Below the pieces are notes generated by a model, which worked only from the letters and a program-made list of their open reading frames with translations, ran no database searches and was not told where the DNA came from. A program made the position numbers and the translations under genes. DNA of 63,962 bases, counting the filler, from Lenisia limosa (lineage: Eukaryota; Protista; Breviatea): the NCBI GenBank assembly GCA_001655205.1. It is 9 parts of 9 records of this genome, joined end to end, with 100 filler letters (N's around TTAATTAATTAA, not from the genome) between each part and the next. Parts side by side here need not be neighbours in the genome. Positions count along the whole stretch, not along the records: positions 25,779 to 41,234 come from LPNZ01008948.1; positions 41,335 to 46,822 come from LPNZ01009495.1; positions 46,923 to 49,654 come from LPNZ01001830.1; positions 49,755 to 55,498 come from LPNZ01011034.1; 5 more parts are not named here. One strand, given 5' to 3'. Every line of letters begins with the position of its first letter. Within the stretch, counting starts at the first letter, position 1. Positions 38,201 to 50,041 of the stretch are shown here, one piece after another.

Positions 38201-41200
38201 GAACCTTGCGATAAGGCTTGGTACAAGCCCTTGACTTCCAAGATTGCGCACTACCTGAGGGGCGGGGAGGAGTAAATTTGGAAAATTTATGAAACACATA
38301 CAAAAAAACGACTCTATTGATGGGGTGAGTAAACTTGGAAATTTATGAAGAAAAAAGCCCATATCAAGTCTGTTGAGTGAAAACAAACACACTAAACAAA
38401 ACAGCCCATCATGTTTTCACAAGATACTCGATCATGTATTAGATCATCTTTCATCCTGCGGAGACAGTTGAGACGTCCCACCGATTTCCAGTAAACGACA
38501 TTGGTTTTTTCTTGAGCGAGTTTTTCGTGTAGTAAAGCAAGAGGTCGAGAGAGGAGATTAGGGTTTGAACCTGGGCAGAGGCAGAGTGGTAGCTATGGGG
38601 GGGGGGGGATTAAAAACGAAAATTATGAAGACAAAAACCAACAAAATAACTTAGTTAAATATATCATATGAGTTTACGGGAGTCCCCCTTCCCATAACCA
38701 TCGCTACATAATAAAGGTATACATAAAGAGACCTTCTGTCACTCTACTGATATTTGCGAAGCAAATATGGTGTATTTTTGCTTTCTTGTATCCCCATTGT
38801 AACATTCTGTATTCCTAGATCTTAATGTATTTTCACCATACCAGGATTTTGAGGACCAAAAGAGCTCTTCCACACGTGGCCTTTGTGAAAGGTGAGCTCT
38901 GGGAAAAGTGAGTATGGAAACCCAATTTGACAAATAATGTAACATATCATAACACTGGAAAATATCATACATAGCTATATGTATGTAATATACATAATAC
39001 ATATATTATGCTTTGTAGACATATATATTGATGTCGTATGTTGAAAAAAGAAATGAGATAGAAGCTGCCCAAACTATCAGGCTTATCGAACACATATATG
39101 TATGATATGAAATATACAGTGACCGGGATAAATCTTGACCGAATTGCTTAGTAAAAACATAAAAAAAGCTATCAAAATCAAAACGAATGTCCAGTATTAT
39201 GAATCTGTTTTAATGTGATATTCAATATATCATATTATATGATATATCGATATATTTGTAATATGTGATGTATAATACGTAGAAACGAGAAAAAAAAAGT
39301 AGTATTTGACTGAATCCAAAAATAATAATCTTTCCTCTCTTGCCGAGCATACAGATTCTTGGGGAACTGCAGCCTAAAGAGTCAACATTAAAGGGCATGA
39401 AAAAAAAAAGTTTTATAATATATCCCTATCTACAGTGAACAGGATAAGTCTTGATCGATTTGCTGTATGATTTCCCAAGGAAAATATAGGTCAAGACTTA
39501 TCCCTGTCACTGTATATCATATATATCAGATGTTACCTCGTGATATGATAAAACTGTTTGAAAGTGAAAGGTCCAAAAAAACTGAATTTCCCTAATTATG
39601 ACTTACATATGATGACTCAAAACACACGCCCAACTGCCCACCTTGAAGAGACAATGAAGCGTGCAGTACCAAATAGCCTCCTCTCTAAAGACGTCAGCAG
39701 ATATAATGTGCATGGGAATTGGGGATAAGAGAGAGAGACCCACTCCCCTCCCTTTTCCACAAATAGTACATGCACATCTTCATACAGTGACCAGGATAAG
39801 TCTTGACCGATTTGATATGATTTCCCAAGGAAAATTGGTCAAGGCTTATCCAGGTCATTGTATATATCCCCCATATGAAGACCCTCCCCCACGAAGGACA
39901 AGCCCACTTCCGCTCCACATTCCACAAATAACCCTTACATGCACACATTTATNNNNNNNNNNNNNNNNNNNNNNNNNNNNNNNNNNNNNNNNNNNNNNNN
40001 NNNNNNNNNNNNNNNNNNNNNNNNNNNNTTCACCCCCCCCCCCTTACGAATAAGACGTAGCCTGGGCAATGATACGGATCTGGCTGCCGACCTGATTGAG
40101 CGGCCGGAGGTTAGTGAGAGTCGACCACACTAATACAGCGGCGGACGCGCTGTTCGGAGTGCTGGTCTGGCCTTCCTGTGGGTGGGGGGTGAGGGGTTTG
40201 GAGGGAGTGGTGAACGTGATTGGTTATCGTTCACTGGGGGTGTCTTTCTGGGGGAATAATTTGAGGTTGTTCACTGTTTTTGGGTCTAATTTGAGGTTAA
40301 GAAGGATATCGAGTCAGAGGTACTGGTCTGGCCTTCCTGAGGGTTGTTGTCTTTTCAAACGGTTTGATGGGTGTCCAACACCACCCCCTCCCTCCTCTTT
40401 GCAAAAGACGAACCAAAAAGAGGTTTTCCCCTTTCCGCAAAAAAGAGGTTTTCTTCTCTATGCGAAAAGGATTCAATGCGAAAGACTAACCAAAAAGAGG
40501 TTTTTGGCCTTCAAGGGGTGGTCGGCATGATTAACGTTCCGCTTTGCAATGGCCAAAAGAACACTCTGGATTGCCGCAAGTTGAACATAGTCTGACGAGC
40601 CTTTGTTTTGGATTTGCCTGAGAGGGGGGGGGGGTAAAATTGAAGTAATGAAACAAAAAAGCCCAAATTCAACTCTGTTGACTGTAATTTGAAAGAAATA
40701 GTACAAATCAAGAACCAAATAATATGAAACTCTAAACAAACCAAAAGGAAATCTATGTTTCGAATGGGGCACGATACACCCCATCCCTCAACCTTATAAT
40801 CCCCCCCCCCCCNNNNNNNNNNNNNNNNNNNNNNNNNNNNNNNNNNNNNNNNNNNNNNNNNNNNNNNNNNNNNNNNNNNNNNNNNNNNNNNNNNNNNNNN
40901 NNNNNNNNNNNNNNNNNNNNNNNNNNNNNNGGCGGCTGCGAGGAAATGACAAACGATATTTTTTTGGAAAAAGAATGTAAATGTCAATTAATTGAGCGAG
41001 AAAAATACAAATAATTCTGTACAAACAAGACAACCCTCCCGCCCAAAAACAAAACAAAACACAAACATAACCAATAACAAATACACAACGCAAAAGATAT
41101 CCAAAGTAAGCGATTAACAGAATCCAAAGGAATAGAGAATAATAAGAAAAAAGACAAAGAAATAGAATATAGGTGCGCCCACTAACATAACCGCGCCCAC

Positions 41201-41234
41201 TTTTTGAAAAACCATGTTTCTTTGGACAAAGTCC
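29230..41234 (-). CDS. Large uncharacterised alpha-helical (ARM/HEAT-like) protein, >25 exons, 5'-truncated
   Basis: Many open GT-AG exons on the minus strand, e.g. QIQNKGSSDYVQLAAIQSVLLAIAKR; VQTLISSLDLLLYYTKNSLKKK; VVRNLGSQGLVPSLIARFKDRSNE; LLQCFEAYHFFSFPDVDRLILSQFMAMW; QAKIARGIDSNHISLLQKLFRLLPPLIHTII; HLPLKHSEVLNVILAVLDRLSK. Family not recognised; could be more than one gene. Confidence 0.65.
30824..31680. mobile_element. Non-autonomous TIR element (family H), intronic, with ~65-bp TIRs
   Basis: Left tcaaagctcctgacagcattcaaaattcaccggacacatcaaaactcacggacagcttgaa matches the reverse complement of the right end (tttaagctgtccgggagttttgatgtgtccggagattttgaatgatgtccggagctttga). The TIR contains three ccggaca-like subrepeats. 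An internal ~190-bp duplication spans a 10-N gap. Confidence 0.85.
32270..32412 (-). repeat. Dispersed intronic repeat family D (~140 bp, no TIRs). Other copies: 20637-20780, 21610-21700, 23450-23577, 36332-36477 and 36478-36568 (tandem), 37103-37190, 37285-37350, 38255-38410, 40618-40690, 43598-43690, 47935-47980, 48968-49108, 56880-56930, 59342-59375, 60930-60984, 62600-62655, 63535-63630
   Basis: Host-sense consensus: tgatgggatgtggtgctgcagaagcgactggcctgggttttg...tgtgt....ccaacagagttgattttgggcttttt...ttcataaattttccaattttactccccctcag. Blocks of this are recognisable in each listed copy, many of them partial or diverged. Confidence 0.85.
32965..33098. repeat. Tandem repeat, 3 x ~48 bp, intronic
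   Basis: cagtaaagtctcta(t/c)tga(a/g)ac..gatt..aagat starting at 32965, 33013 and 33062. Confidence 0.85.
37485..37584. repeat. Minisatellite, 14-15 bp unit, intronic
   Basis: About 7 copies of ttt(a)gacacatgatt. Confidence 0.9.
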
Positions 41235-41334
41235 NNNNNNNNNNNNNNNNNNNNNNNNNNNNNNNNNNNNNNNNNNNNTTAATTAATTAANNNNNNNNNN
41301 NNNNNNNNNNNNNNNNNNNNNNNNNNNNNNNNNN

Positions 41335-44300
41335 ATAAGTAGCGCGGCAGTTTGCAGCCAATTTGCCTTGAAAAGAGGAACGGTGAGGTATTTGAGAGAC
41401 TCAGAGAGGAAACTGAAGAGGACCGTAGAGAACTGTGTAAACTGGGGGGAGTGATGGAAACTTATGGAGAAAAAGAGCGCCAGCTTTGTGGACACACATT
41501 CGGAAATACAGCAGTGCTGAAATTAGCGAATTAGGGCTTCCCTCGGTCCAAAAAAGACTGATTTTTCAATAAATCCTCGAGAAATAACGGTAATTTAACG
41601 GTGTTTTTCGGACCTTAAAGAAGCCTTAGTTGAAATCAACAAAATAAAGCCCAGGTGAGCCGCTTCTGGGGGATAATGGGAATGGAAAATAAAAGGGAAA
41701 AGGATAATTGATGGGGGCGGGAAGATCATGGCAATTTACGAAACAAAAAGTTGAACGCAATAATGTTTGAAGAAATTAAATGACAAAATTAGAAATTAGT
41801 ATCAGAAATTGAGTTTACATTAATATGTCGCACTTCAAATTTTGCAATTATTTTTTCAGTGAATTGCACGGAGCCCTGATTTTTACACTACTCCCAACCC
41901 CCAAACAATGCTGCTAAAAACCCAGGCTGAGTGACAGTCAACGATTCGGAACATTTCCTTCAAGAGGAGTTGGGGGTTGGGAAGCTGAAGAGTCAAAAAA
42001 CGTGGGTTTTGGGGAATGATACAAAAGTCGCGTGTGAACACATAGAATGATACAAAAGTCGCGTGTGAACATAACACATAGAATGATACAAAAGTCGCGT
42101 GTGAACATAACACATAGAATCATAACCAACATACAATATTAGATAATTCCAACCCCCCTCCGAAACATGATTTTAGCAATAACACAATGAAACACTATTG
42201 ATATCGAGATGGTAATAATATAGCAATGTTAACTAAAAAAAAACATGGTTAGATCTGGACAAAGCCTTCCACAACAAAACGCTGAAATATAAGAGATATT
42301 GGATTAAATTATATATTAATTCAATTATTCATTTTCCTTACAACTCTCAGCATACTGCTTTCTGCGTGCCTCCCCAGCATACGATAATGATGATGTAAAA
42401 ACACACATACATATATCAACCCACCTGAAACATGATTTTAGCGATGACAAGAGAGGCACGAGTGGCGGTGTTGCAATATGCTAAGGCGGCACGCATCTCA
42501 TCGTTTCCGCTATAGCATGAAANNNNNNNNNNNNNNNNNNNNNNNNNNNNNNNNNNNNNNNNNNNNNNNNNNNNNNNNNNNNNNNNNNNNNNNNNNNNNN
42601 NNNNNNNNNNNNNNNNNNNNNNNNNNCATAAAAGCCTTGATAAATTCCCGAAAATTTGTAATATACATTGGTCCTGACTGATTGGCTATGTGACTTCTCA
42701 AGGAAAATCGGTCAAATCCTGGTTACTGATAATATATATCATTTATTACATATGACATATCGATATTCCATTGGTCCATTTGGGACCAAAGTGAGGTCAA
42801 TGGGCGGTAAATGGTTGATTTCGGCTCAAAAACTGGAACTTCACTTCAAGTTCTAAAGGTACACAAGTCATTGATAGTTTACGAGGAGATATTTCGAGGA
42901 TATACTTCGAATATACTTCTGTCTTTTCTAGAACCGAGTATTATAAGAAGCTCTATCAAAAGTACTGAAAGTAGAACAAAAAAAGTCACCACCACCCCCT
43001 TTCACACTTTTTGGGTAGATTCAAAACCGCAAGAGAGCCCTAAAAAGATTAAAGTGATTGGCCTATTATTTATTTTAAAAGTGGCCCTCCCCAATTGTCT
43101 CTTCTATCCCACACACATGAACTGCCTCAATAAGGAACATGTGCATAGGAATAAGTGTGAACGCTGCAACCGGTTTGACTAGCTTTTGACCGAGGGCAGA
43201 TACGGCCAAAACAAACCTATCTGGTTAAAATGGACAATGCATGAAAAAACAACACCCACTCATGAAGATCCACGGAAGGGAAGGCCTCTATGAGGCCAAG
43301 GCAGAGCACGCGGGTTCCCCAGTCCGGGCAGTGGCAGAAGGCCTCCAATACAGGCACTATTAGAGGGACAAGGTGGCGCTTCATGTCTGAGGGTGGTGAG
43401 TAAGCCTTCACTTCGGTTCGAAAAAAGACTGAGTTTGTTCGAAAACTATAATGTACTTTTTCGAACCGAAGTGAATTCCCAGGGTTGAGGAAAATAGAAA
43501 ACTGTTTTTGAATTAAACCAAAGAGAAATATAACCCTGGTGATATGGGTGGAGGAAGGAAAAGGAAGAGAGAAAGAAGGTGCTCATTCATCCAAGAGGCG
43601 GGGTAAAATTGGAAAATTTGAAACAAAAAATGCTGGAGGAGGGCAAGCAAACAAAAAAAAAACCTGAATCAAGAACCAACAGTAGATGTGTTTGGGTATT
43701 GGCTATATACGGATACAATAAGTAAGAGAAAAGGAGTCCCTACAATGAGTTAGAACTTACTTGGTCTGAGGGAAACGAGAAGGTCAATTAACTTCAGATC
43801 TTCCGGATTTTTCAGCGTGCAGAAGCGACACACCTGTTACATGAGCTGATTCCCAAATATTATGAAATTGTAAAATAAAAAAATTTCAAGGATGTCAAGG
43901 AGCATATCAAATTATGCTACATACATTATCGTATAGCAGATTTATGAGGATATTACAGAAGGATAATATAGGATAACAAATTCTATAGTATATCATCTGA
44001 TTATCAAATTCATCACATTACCTCCCACACACCGCATCATAAGTGTCTTGCTCGATCTGCTGATCATTTGGCATGTATTCGGGTTCTTCCAGCTTTTCCT
44101 CCTTAACTCCTTCGAGTTTGGTGTGTTTTAGGTACTGTTGAGCCTATGGCAGTGATGATAATGCGCGATACTCTTGGGGATAACATTATCACCATCATAT
44201 GAAGATGATTGTGCAAATGATGGCGATAATAAAGATTATGGTGGGAATGATGGTTTATGATAATTATAATTGTATTACAAATGATGGTAGTTGTTGTTGT

Positions 44301-45100
44301 TGTTTTTGATGTAGTTGATGTTAATGGTTGTAGTGACGTTGATAGAAATCTTAACGACCCTCTAACCTGTGCATCTGAGAGGTTCATCTGCTGATACGCA
44401 CTAACAAAAGCCTGTTCGATCTCGAGCTCCTTTTCTGTGGGTGGCGCGGGCGCCTCGGTTTGCGCGGCTGACGCTTTTTGGAGCTCACTAATGGGGTCAT
44501 CCAAATACGTGAAGTGGGGAAATAGATATAGAGGAGAGGGGAGCTCAATCTATAGGTACAATACTCCAATTTAGCAATTAAAAACCTGTGAATGATTGAG
44601 AGTGAGACATAGAGACATACTACCATACACGCTTGTAAGATAATACGAAGCTTATCAGAATACCACTGTGTTAGCTTTCGCTGATTATCAAACCAGTAAA
44701 TACATGATATTTTATCCGTACATGTACATATACGATATGTATAATATAGTTAAAAAAAAAAGAAGATATTAGCGCGGGAGCGCATATCTGTGAAGAATAT
44801 ACATACTAAAGAGGAATAAATCCGCCTCTTAGCATAAATTTGCATATCTACTAATTATATTCCTCCTAGCATAGATTCCCATTATGCAATTCAGTTATTG
44901 GGAGGTACTCAGAATGATGCATATGATCCCCCCCCCCNNNNNNNNNNNNNNNNNNNNNNNNNNNNNNNNNNNNNNNNNNNNNNNNNNNNNNNNNNNNNNN
45001 NNNNNNNNNNNNNNNNNNNNNNNNNNAATTGCTCGCTAGCCTCCTCAAGCGAGGTACTGGTGCAGGGGCTTAGCTAAGAGGGGCTTACAAGAACTACGAT
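41335..45100 (-). CDS. Uncharacterised HEAT-like helical protein, multi-exon fragment
   Basis: Exons include IELPSPLYLFPHFTYLDDPISELQK...EIEQAFVSAYQQMNLSDAQ; VCRFCTLKNPEDLKLIDLLVSLRP; DMKRHLVPLIVPVLEAFCHCPDWGTRVLCLGLIEAF (HEAT-like); FVLAVSALGQKLVKPVAAF; FSTVLFSFLSESLKYLTVPLFKANW. Start not located. Confidence 0.6.
42014..42120. repeat. Tandem repeat, 3 x 31-36 bp, intronic
   Basis: gaatgatacaaaagtcgcgtgtgaac(ataac)acata repeated three times. Confidence 0.9.
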
Positions 45101-45278
45101 TTTTGGCTCTATTTTACTCTGCTCTCTCATCAGATTATCAGATTAATGGAATTTGATCTGAATTTGAACTTTGAGAGGAGAGAGAATGGGTTTTTTTTCG
45201 TGAAAATGCAAAACTTGGCGTCATGACGTCACCAGTATATATATTCACCAAAACAGTAAAACAGTAGAATCAAATAAA

Positions 45279-46765
45279 ATGGTGATCCAGCTTGTATACT
45301 ATGTAGCCAGCACCCAAGATGGCTTTATTGCACGAAGTAAGTTGGGCATATGCTTTGGCATATGTTATGGCATATGTTGGCAGGCATATGTTGGCAGGCA
45401 TATGTTGGCAGGCATATGTTGGCAGGCATATGTTGGCAGGCATATGCTTTGGCATATGTTGGCAGGCATATGTTGGCAGGCATATGCTTTGGCATATGTT
45501 GGGCGTGTGTAGTTTACATATGGACATTCGCTATAATGAATATTGAAACCTTTCAGATGACGGAGGGGTGGACTTCCTTGACAAAGCCTGTCCAAATGTG
45601 GGAGGGACCACGAATTGTGGTATATCTTTTTTTTTTTTTTTTTTTTTNNNNNNNNNNNNNNNNNNNNNNNNNNNNNNNNNNNNNNNNNNNNNNNNNNNNN
45701 NNNNNNNNNNNNNNNNNNNNNNNNNNNNNNNNNNNNNNNNNNNNNNNNNNNNNNNNCTATTAACCAGTTCCAGCAAAACATGAAGGAGTACGAGTCATTC
45801 TATAACTCCATTGACGGACTGTTTATGGGCAGAGGTACTTTCGAGGCTTGCGAGAGTTGGTGGTTTTATTAATGTTAAATCCGCTAAAAGCTAAAATGAT
45901 GTTCTAAAAATAAAGCTCGATCGTGTCAGGACTTATAGTGGTCAGTCTTTGCACTATCTCTAAAATATTTCAATGCATTTGATCACATAGTCCCCTTTTA
46001 CGCTGGTACAGAATTGAGCACTGGCGTATGGCCATACCCTGGAAAACCTTGTTTGGTTGCTTCGAATTCCCTTCCCGCAAGTTGGTTATGTGGCAAAAGC
46101 GGTAAAGCCTAGATTGGAACTGTAATTATATAAAACCAGCGGCTTCCAAAGAAACTGCTAAAACTGGGGTTCTTCGTCGAGAGGGGCTGCAATGCGATAG
46201 TAATCCTCATACATGATACTATGCTCCTAAGAACTTTGTTTGAACTTTTGAAAAATACAGTTATGACTTTAGATTCACCTCAGCATTGTCACTGAGAAGT
46301 CTTTGAACCTACTTTTGCATTAGTTACCTGCATGTTTGGCTTTACCTCTATTATAGAAAGTAAAACTGATGTGACTATCCAACCGGTCGACAACTTCAAA
46401 GATACTTTTGAGGCATTTTTCAAAAAAGAAATTGAAACCAAGAAGAGTATGGTGTTTGGCTGTTTTTATGTTTTCGATCCCCCCCAATCTCCCAACAAAT
46501 TGCAGTACCCCCAAACATTTACTACTTTTTCTGTTATTGTTCAAGTGTATTGTTATTTCCCCCTCATTTATAACCTTTCACCTAGTTCATTCCCGCTGAA
46601 CATTTTAGTCAATTTTTGATTGGTTGAAATTATTTGAGAGTGGATGCAGTACTCTTTCTCTAATACGTTCCAGACGACGGTGATGGTCCCTTCCGCATTT
46701 GGGTGGTTGGAGGAGGAAAGATTGTGTCCGACATTCTTGAATCAGGATTGAAGATGACCTTCCAA
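45279..46765 (+). CDS. Dihydrofolate-reductase-like / RibD C-terminal-domain protein (bacterial-type family), spliced, 3'-truncated
   Basis: Spliced product MVIQLVYYVASTQDGFIAR|NDGGVDFLDK...|..YESFYNSIDGLFMGRGTFEACE|KLSTGVWPYPGKPCLVAS...|..PFRIWVVGGGKIVSDILESGL. It carries the family motifs Y(V/I)AxSxDGFIA, DxLxMGRxT(Y/F)E, WPY.GK and IWxVGGG. Confidence 0.85.
45341..45503. repeat. Minisatellite, 11-14 bp unit, filling most of intron 1 (45337-45556) of the DHFR-like gene
   Basis: Repeats of gcatatgttggcag with gcatatgctttg variants; explains the spurious repetitive ORFs here. Confidence 0.95.
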
Positions 46766-47016
46766 GTGAGTGATGTGTGATATAGCATGATATGGTTCTG
46801 GAACAGAGGGGGGGGGGGCGGANNNNNNNNNNNNNNNNNNNNNNNNNNNNNNNNNNNNNNNNNNNNTTAATTAATTAANNNNNNNNNNNNNNNNNNNNNN
46901 NNNNNNNNNNNNNNNNNNNNNNTCCCCCAAGAGTTTCGAGCCACAGTATCAACAGCTCAGCAATAAAAACTTCTCCATGACAATAATATATCTCTATTGC
47001 AATAACCCCCCACCAG

Positions 47017-49371
47017 AGATTTGGGACACATTATGGAGTGGAGCAACGCTCGAGGCCTCCGGGCTCTGTTTGGACTTATTGATGCCGGGGTCACCAGGAT
47101 CCTTGACGCCACTTTGGTCACTCCCGAGCTTGCTGCTGATTTGGGTGGGGGGCATCTGTAATCATTAGAGCTGGTTTTGGGCTTCTGCATCCATAAATTC
47201 GTCATTGAAATTTCCTTCGTCATCTGTTTGTTCACGTTATTTGTTTGCCGATTGTCCGTTCAATCAATTGACTACTCAGGAATGGTTGAAGCCTACCTTA
47301 CACGACGTCTTGTTTTCGCGCTTATTTGGGCCCTTTCTGGTGACTGCCCAACATCGAGTCGACAGCATCTGTCCGCCTTTATTGCCTCGGCTACCACCAT
47401 CCCCGTTCCTCATGGGGACGTCGTCGGTATGCTACTGGCTTATGGGAGGAACAACGGTGCTCTGTTAACATCCCCCATTCTCATATTTGCATCATCTTAA
47501 CTCTGTTAACATCCCCCATTCTCATATTTGCATCATCTTAACTCACATTGGTGTCTCTATTTATTTTTGGTCTCCCCAGAATTCATAAATGCATATATTT
47601 ATCATTTCAAAAATGTAGCTACACTCCCTCTCTAAACTTTCCCTGTTAATTTTTGCAGATTATGACGTGTCTCTTGAGGGAGATTGGGTTGAATGGATAT
47701 CTAAGGTGGGGGCTCAAATCGTTTTTAAATGTTCTATCCTTTTAGGGTATTGTCTCACCCCCCCCCCCTCTTAGGTTCCTGTTAACGATATTGAAGCCTC
47801 CCGAGTTGCTGCGAGTGATTTAGTCGTGCCCACCATTGACACACTGAGGTGACCGGGCTTCTAAGTTTCAAGGTGACAATAAAATAAGGGTGTATGAATA
47901 GTTTTCAAGAGCATATCGAATATCTTGCCTCTTTGTTATTTTTGTTTCGTCAATTTTCCAATTTACCCCCCCCCCCTCAGACACCAGGAAGTAGTGGTGT
48001 CATGGCTACGGTCAAGAGCCCCGGTCATTCTCTGCGGACCCCCAGGATCGGGTAAATCTATGACACTTACTGACGTGCTTAACACGCTGCCTGATACCGA
48101 CTTGGTGAGAGGGGATGTGGCAAACAATGAACATTGTATACTATTTGAACACTGCATACTGTTTAACATTTATTCTAATTTAGTGGTGGTTGTGGGGGTT
48201 AACAAATACATGTTTGTTTTGTTACTAATTTGAAGGGCAGGGAGTGTAGGTATGGGGGGTTTTGGTGGGTGGGGGTTAACACTGATTAGGCAATGTCTCT
48301 ACTTCGGGCACTATCCTTGTTTCTATGTCCTTATCCAATAATGAATGTGAACTTTCATTATCACAGGAGACCTTGCAATCGATAGCTACAATTCCCCTTT
48401 AAACTAATGGCAAAATAGGTGACGGTCAACTTCAGTAGCACTACCACTCCCCGCCATGTTCTCCAGACGCTTCTTCAGGTACGAGGCCTCAACTGGTGTT
48501 CTCTAGGTTTATTAATATGGCTTTCTAATGGGCTAAAAACGAACGAATTGCCACCCAAATCCTACTATTGCTAGTTTTTCGGTCTTTTGGACGGTGCAGA
48601 AGCCGTGCTCAATGATTTCTGTTTTCATTCCAGTTGAATAACAGCGTATTGATATGTAACGATTGGGTGAATCAACATTACTATAATCAAAGTCCTCCGT
48701 ATTGGGTTTTAGCTTTTCCAATAACTAATTAAGTTTGGTCGTCCTTTTCACTTTGTATCTGTGGCAGCAACCTGAATGTTGTCGCTCCAGAGTCTAGTAG
48801 TAAACCCATTGCCTTATCTCACACCCCTCCAGTACTGTGAGGTTATCAAGACGGTTCGCGGTACTGTGATGCGACCTTTGAACGCCGGCAGGGTGGGGGT
48901 GGGGGCTTGTATTTTGCATAGGTTTTCTTCATCAAAATTTCCTTCATTTCAAATTTTCCACTGTGGAGTGATGTGATACACAGAAGCGATTGTTTTGTTG
49001 TTCTCAGCCGTTGTGTGTTGATAGCCTAGATCTGATTTTTGTTTTTGTTTTGTTTTTGTTTTATGAATTGTCTAATTTCACGCCCCCCCCCCCCAATAAC
49101 CGGTTTAGTGGCTGGTCTTGTTCTGTGATGAGGTGAACCTTCCTGCCGAAGACGCCTATGGCACTCAGACGGTTATTCAGCTCATAAGGTGGGTGTAAAC
49201 AAAGCAAGCCATTATTATGTTGTAAGAGGGTAAAGAAAGGCATTATCATGTTGGTCATGGGGTATAATACAATTCTGCACTTATAAGCCCTTACCCCACA
49301 GGTCTATGACAGAACTTGGCGGTTATTGGAATGCCAAGGACCTGACTTGGGTTTCACTCGACCGCATTCAG
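47017..49371 (+). CDS. DYNC1H1: Cytoplasmic dynein-1 heavy chain, AAA2 extension to AAA3 fragment
   Basis: HIMEWSNARGLRALF; RRLVFALIWALSGD; DYDVSLEGDWVEWISK|VPVNDIEASRVAASDLVVPTIDTLR|HQEVVVSWLRSRAPVILCGPPGSGKSMTL; NFSSTTTP; WLVLFCDEVNLPAEDAYGTQTVI; WVSLDRIQ. The CGPPGSGK Walker A, the WLVLFCDE Walker B and the surrounding sequence match recalled cytoplasmic dynein-1. Confidence 0.93.
47461..47542. repeat. Direct tandem duplication, 2 x 41 bp, intronic
   Basis: tctgttaacatcccccattctcatatttgcatcatcttaac twice, identical. Confidence 0.95.
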
Positions 49372-50041
49372 GTAGGCGTCAACAAGAGGGAAATATGGAG
49401 GACGCTGCGTTATATGTTCCCCACATTGTGTTGAATAGATTTCCTTGCAGTGATATGATACCCAGTGACACTGTTTCCGGTCTTCTTCGTTTTAACGATA
49501 TGTCTCTACCCCCAACCTATCCAGTTGAATTCAGGGATTATTTAGTATATCATCATAACTATTATATATGTATTATACAATGATACACTCAAATACATGT
49601 ATACATATGATATATAAATATAATATCAATCGCATCATTCACCTCCATCCAAGCNNNNNNNNNNNNNNNNNNNNNNNNNNNNNNNNNNNNNNNNNNNNTT
49701 AATTAATTAANNNNNNNNNNNNNNNNNNNNNNNNNNNNNNNNNNNNNNNNNNNNATTTGTTTCAGAAAAAAAAAATGAGAGAGAATATAATTTTGCCTTG
49801 ATTTGGAGGAAGTTCAATTTTGTCCACGGTTTCCGCTATATATATGATATATATTCTTTATCAAATCAGTTGTGTCCGTATTTGAAATTCCAAAAAACAT
49901 GATTTTCGTAACATAAGTAGTGGACTTCGGCTTTAATAATGCGTTTTGTTTTTAATTTTTTAGGACAGAGAGGAATATGATCAAAAACTTGTACACATCA
50001 ACACTGGCCTTTCATTCTTCGATGAAGTTTTCACATTCATT

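Noticed and set aside
45224-45231. TGACGTCA (CRE-like) palindrome upstream of the DHFR-like ATG
   Set aside because: A single 8-mer with no comparative support; it could occur by chance.
45270-45546. Repetitive ORFs (WQAYVGRHMLAGIC / CLPTYACQHMPANI)
   Set aside because: These are translations of the 14-bp intronic minisatellite.
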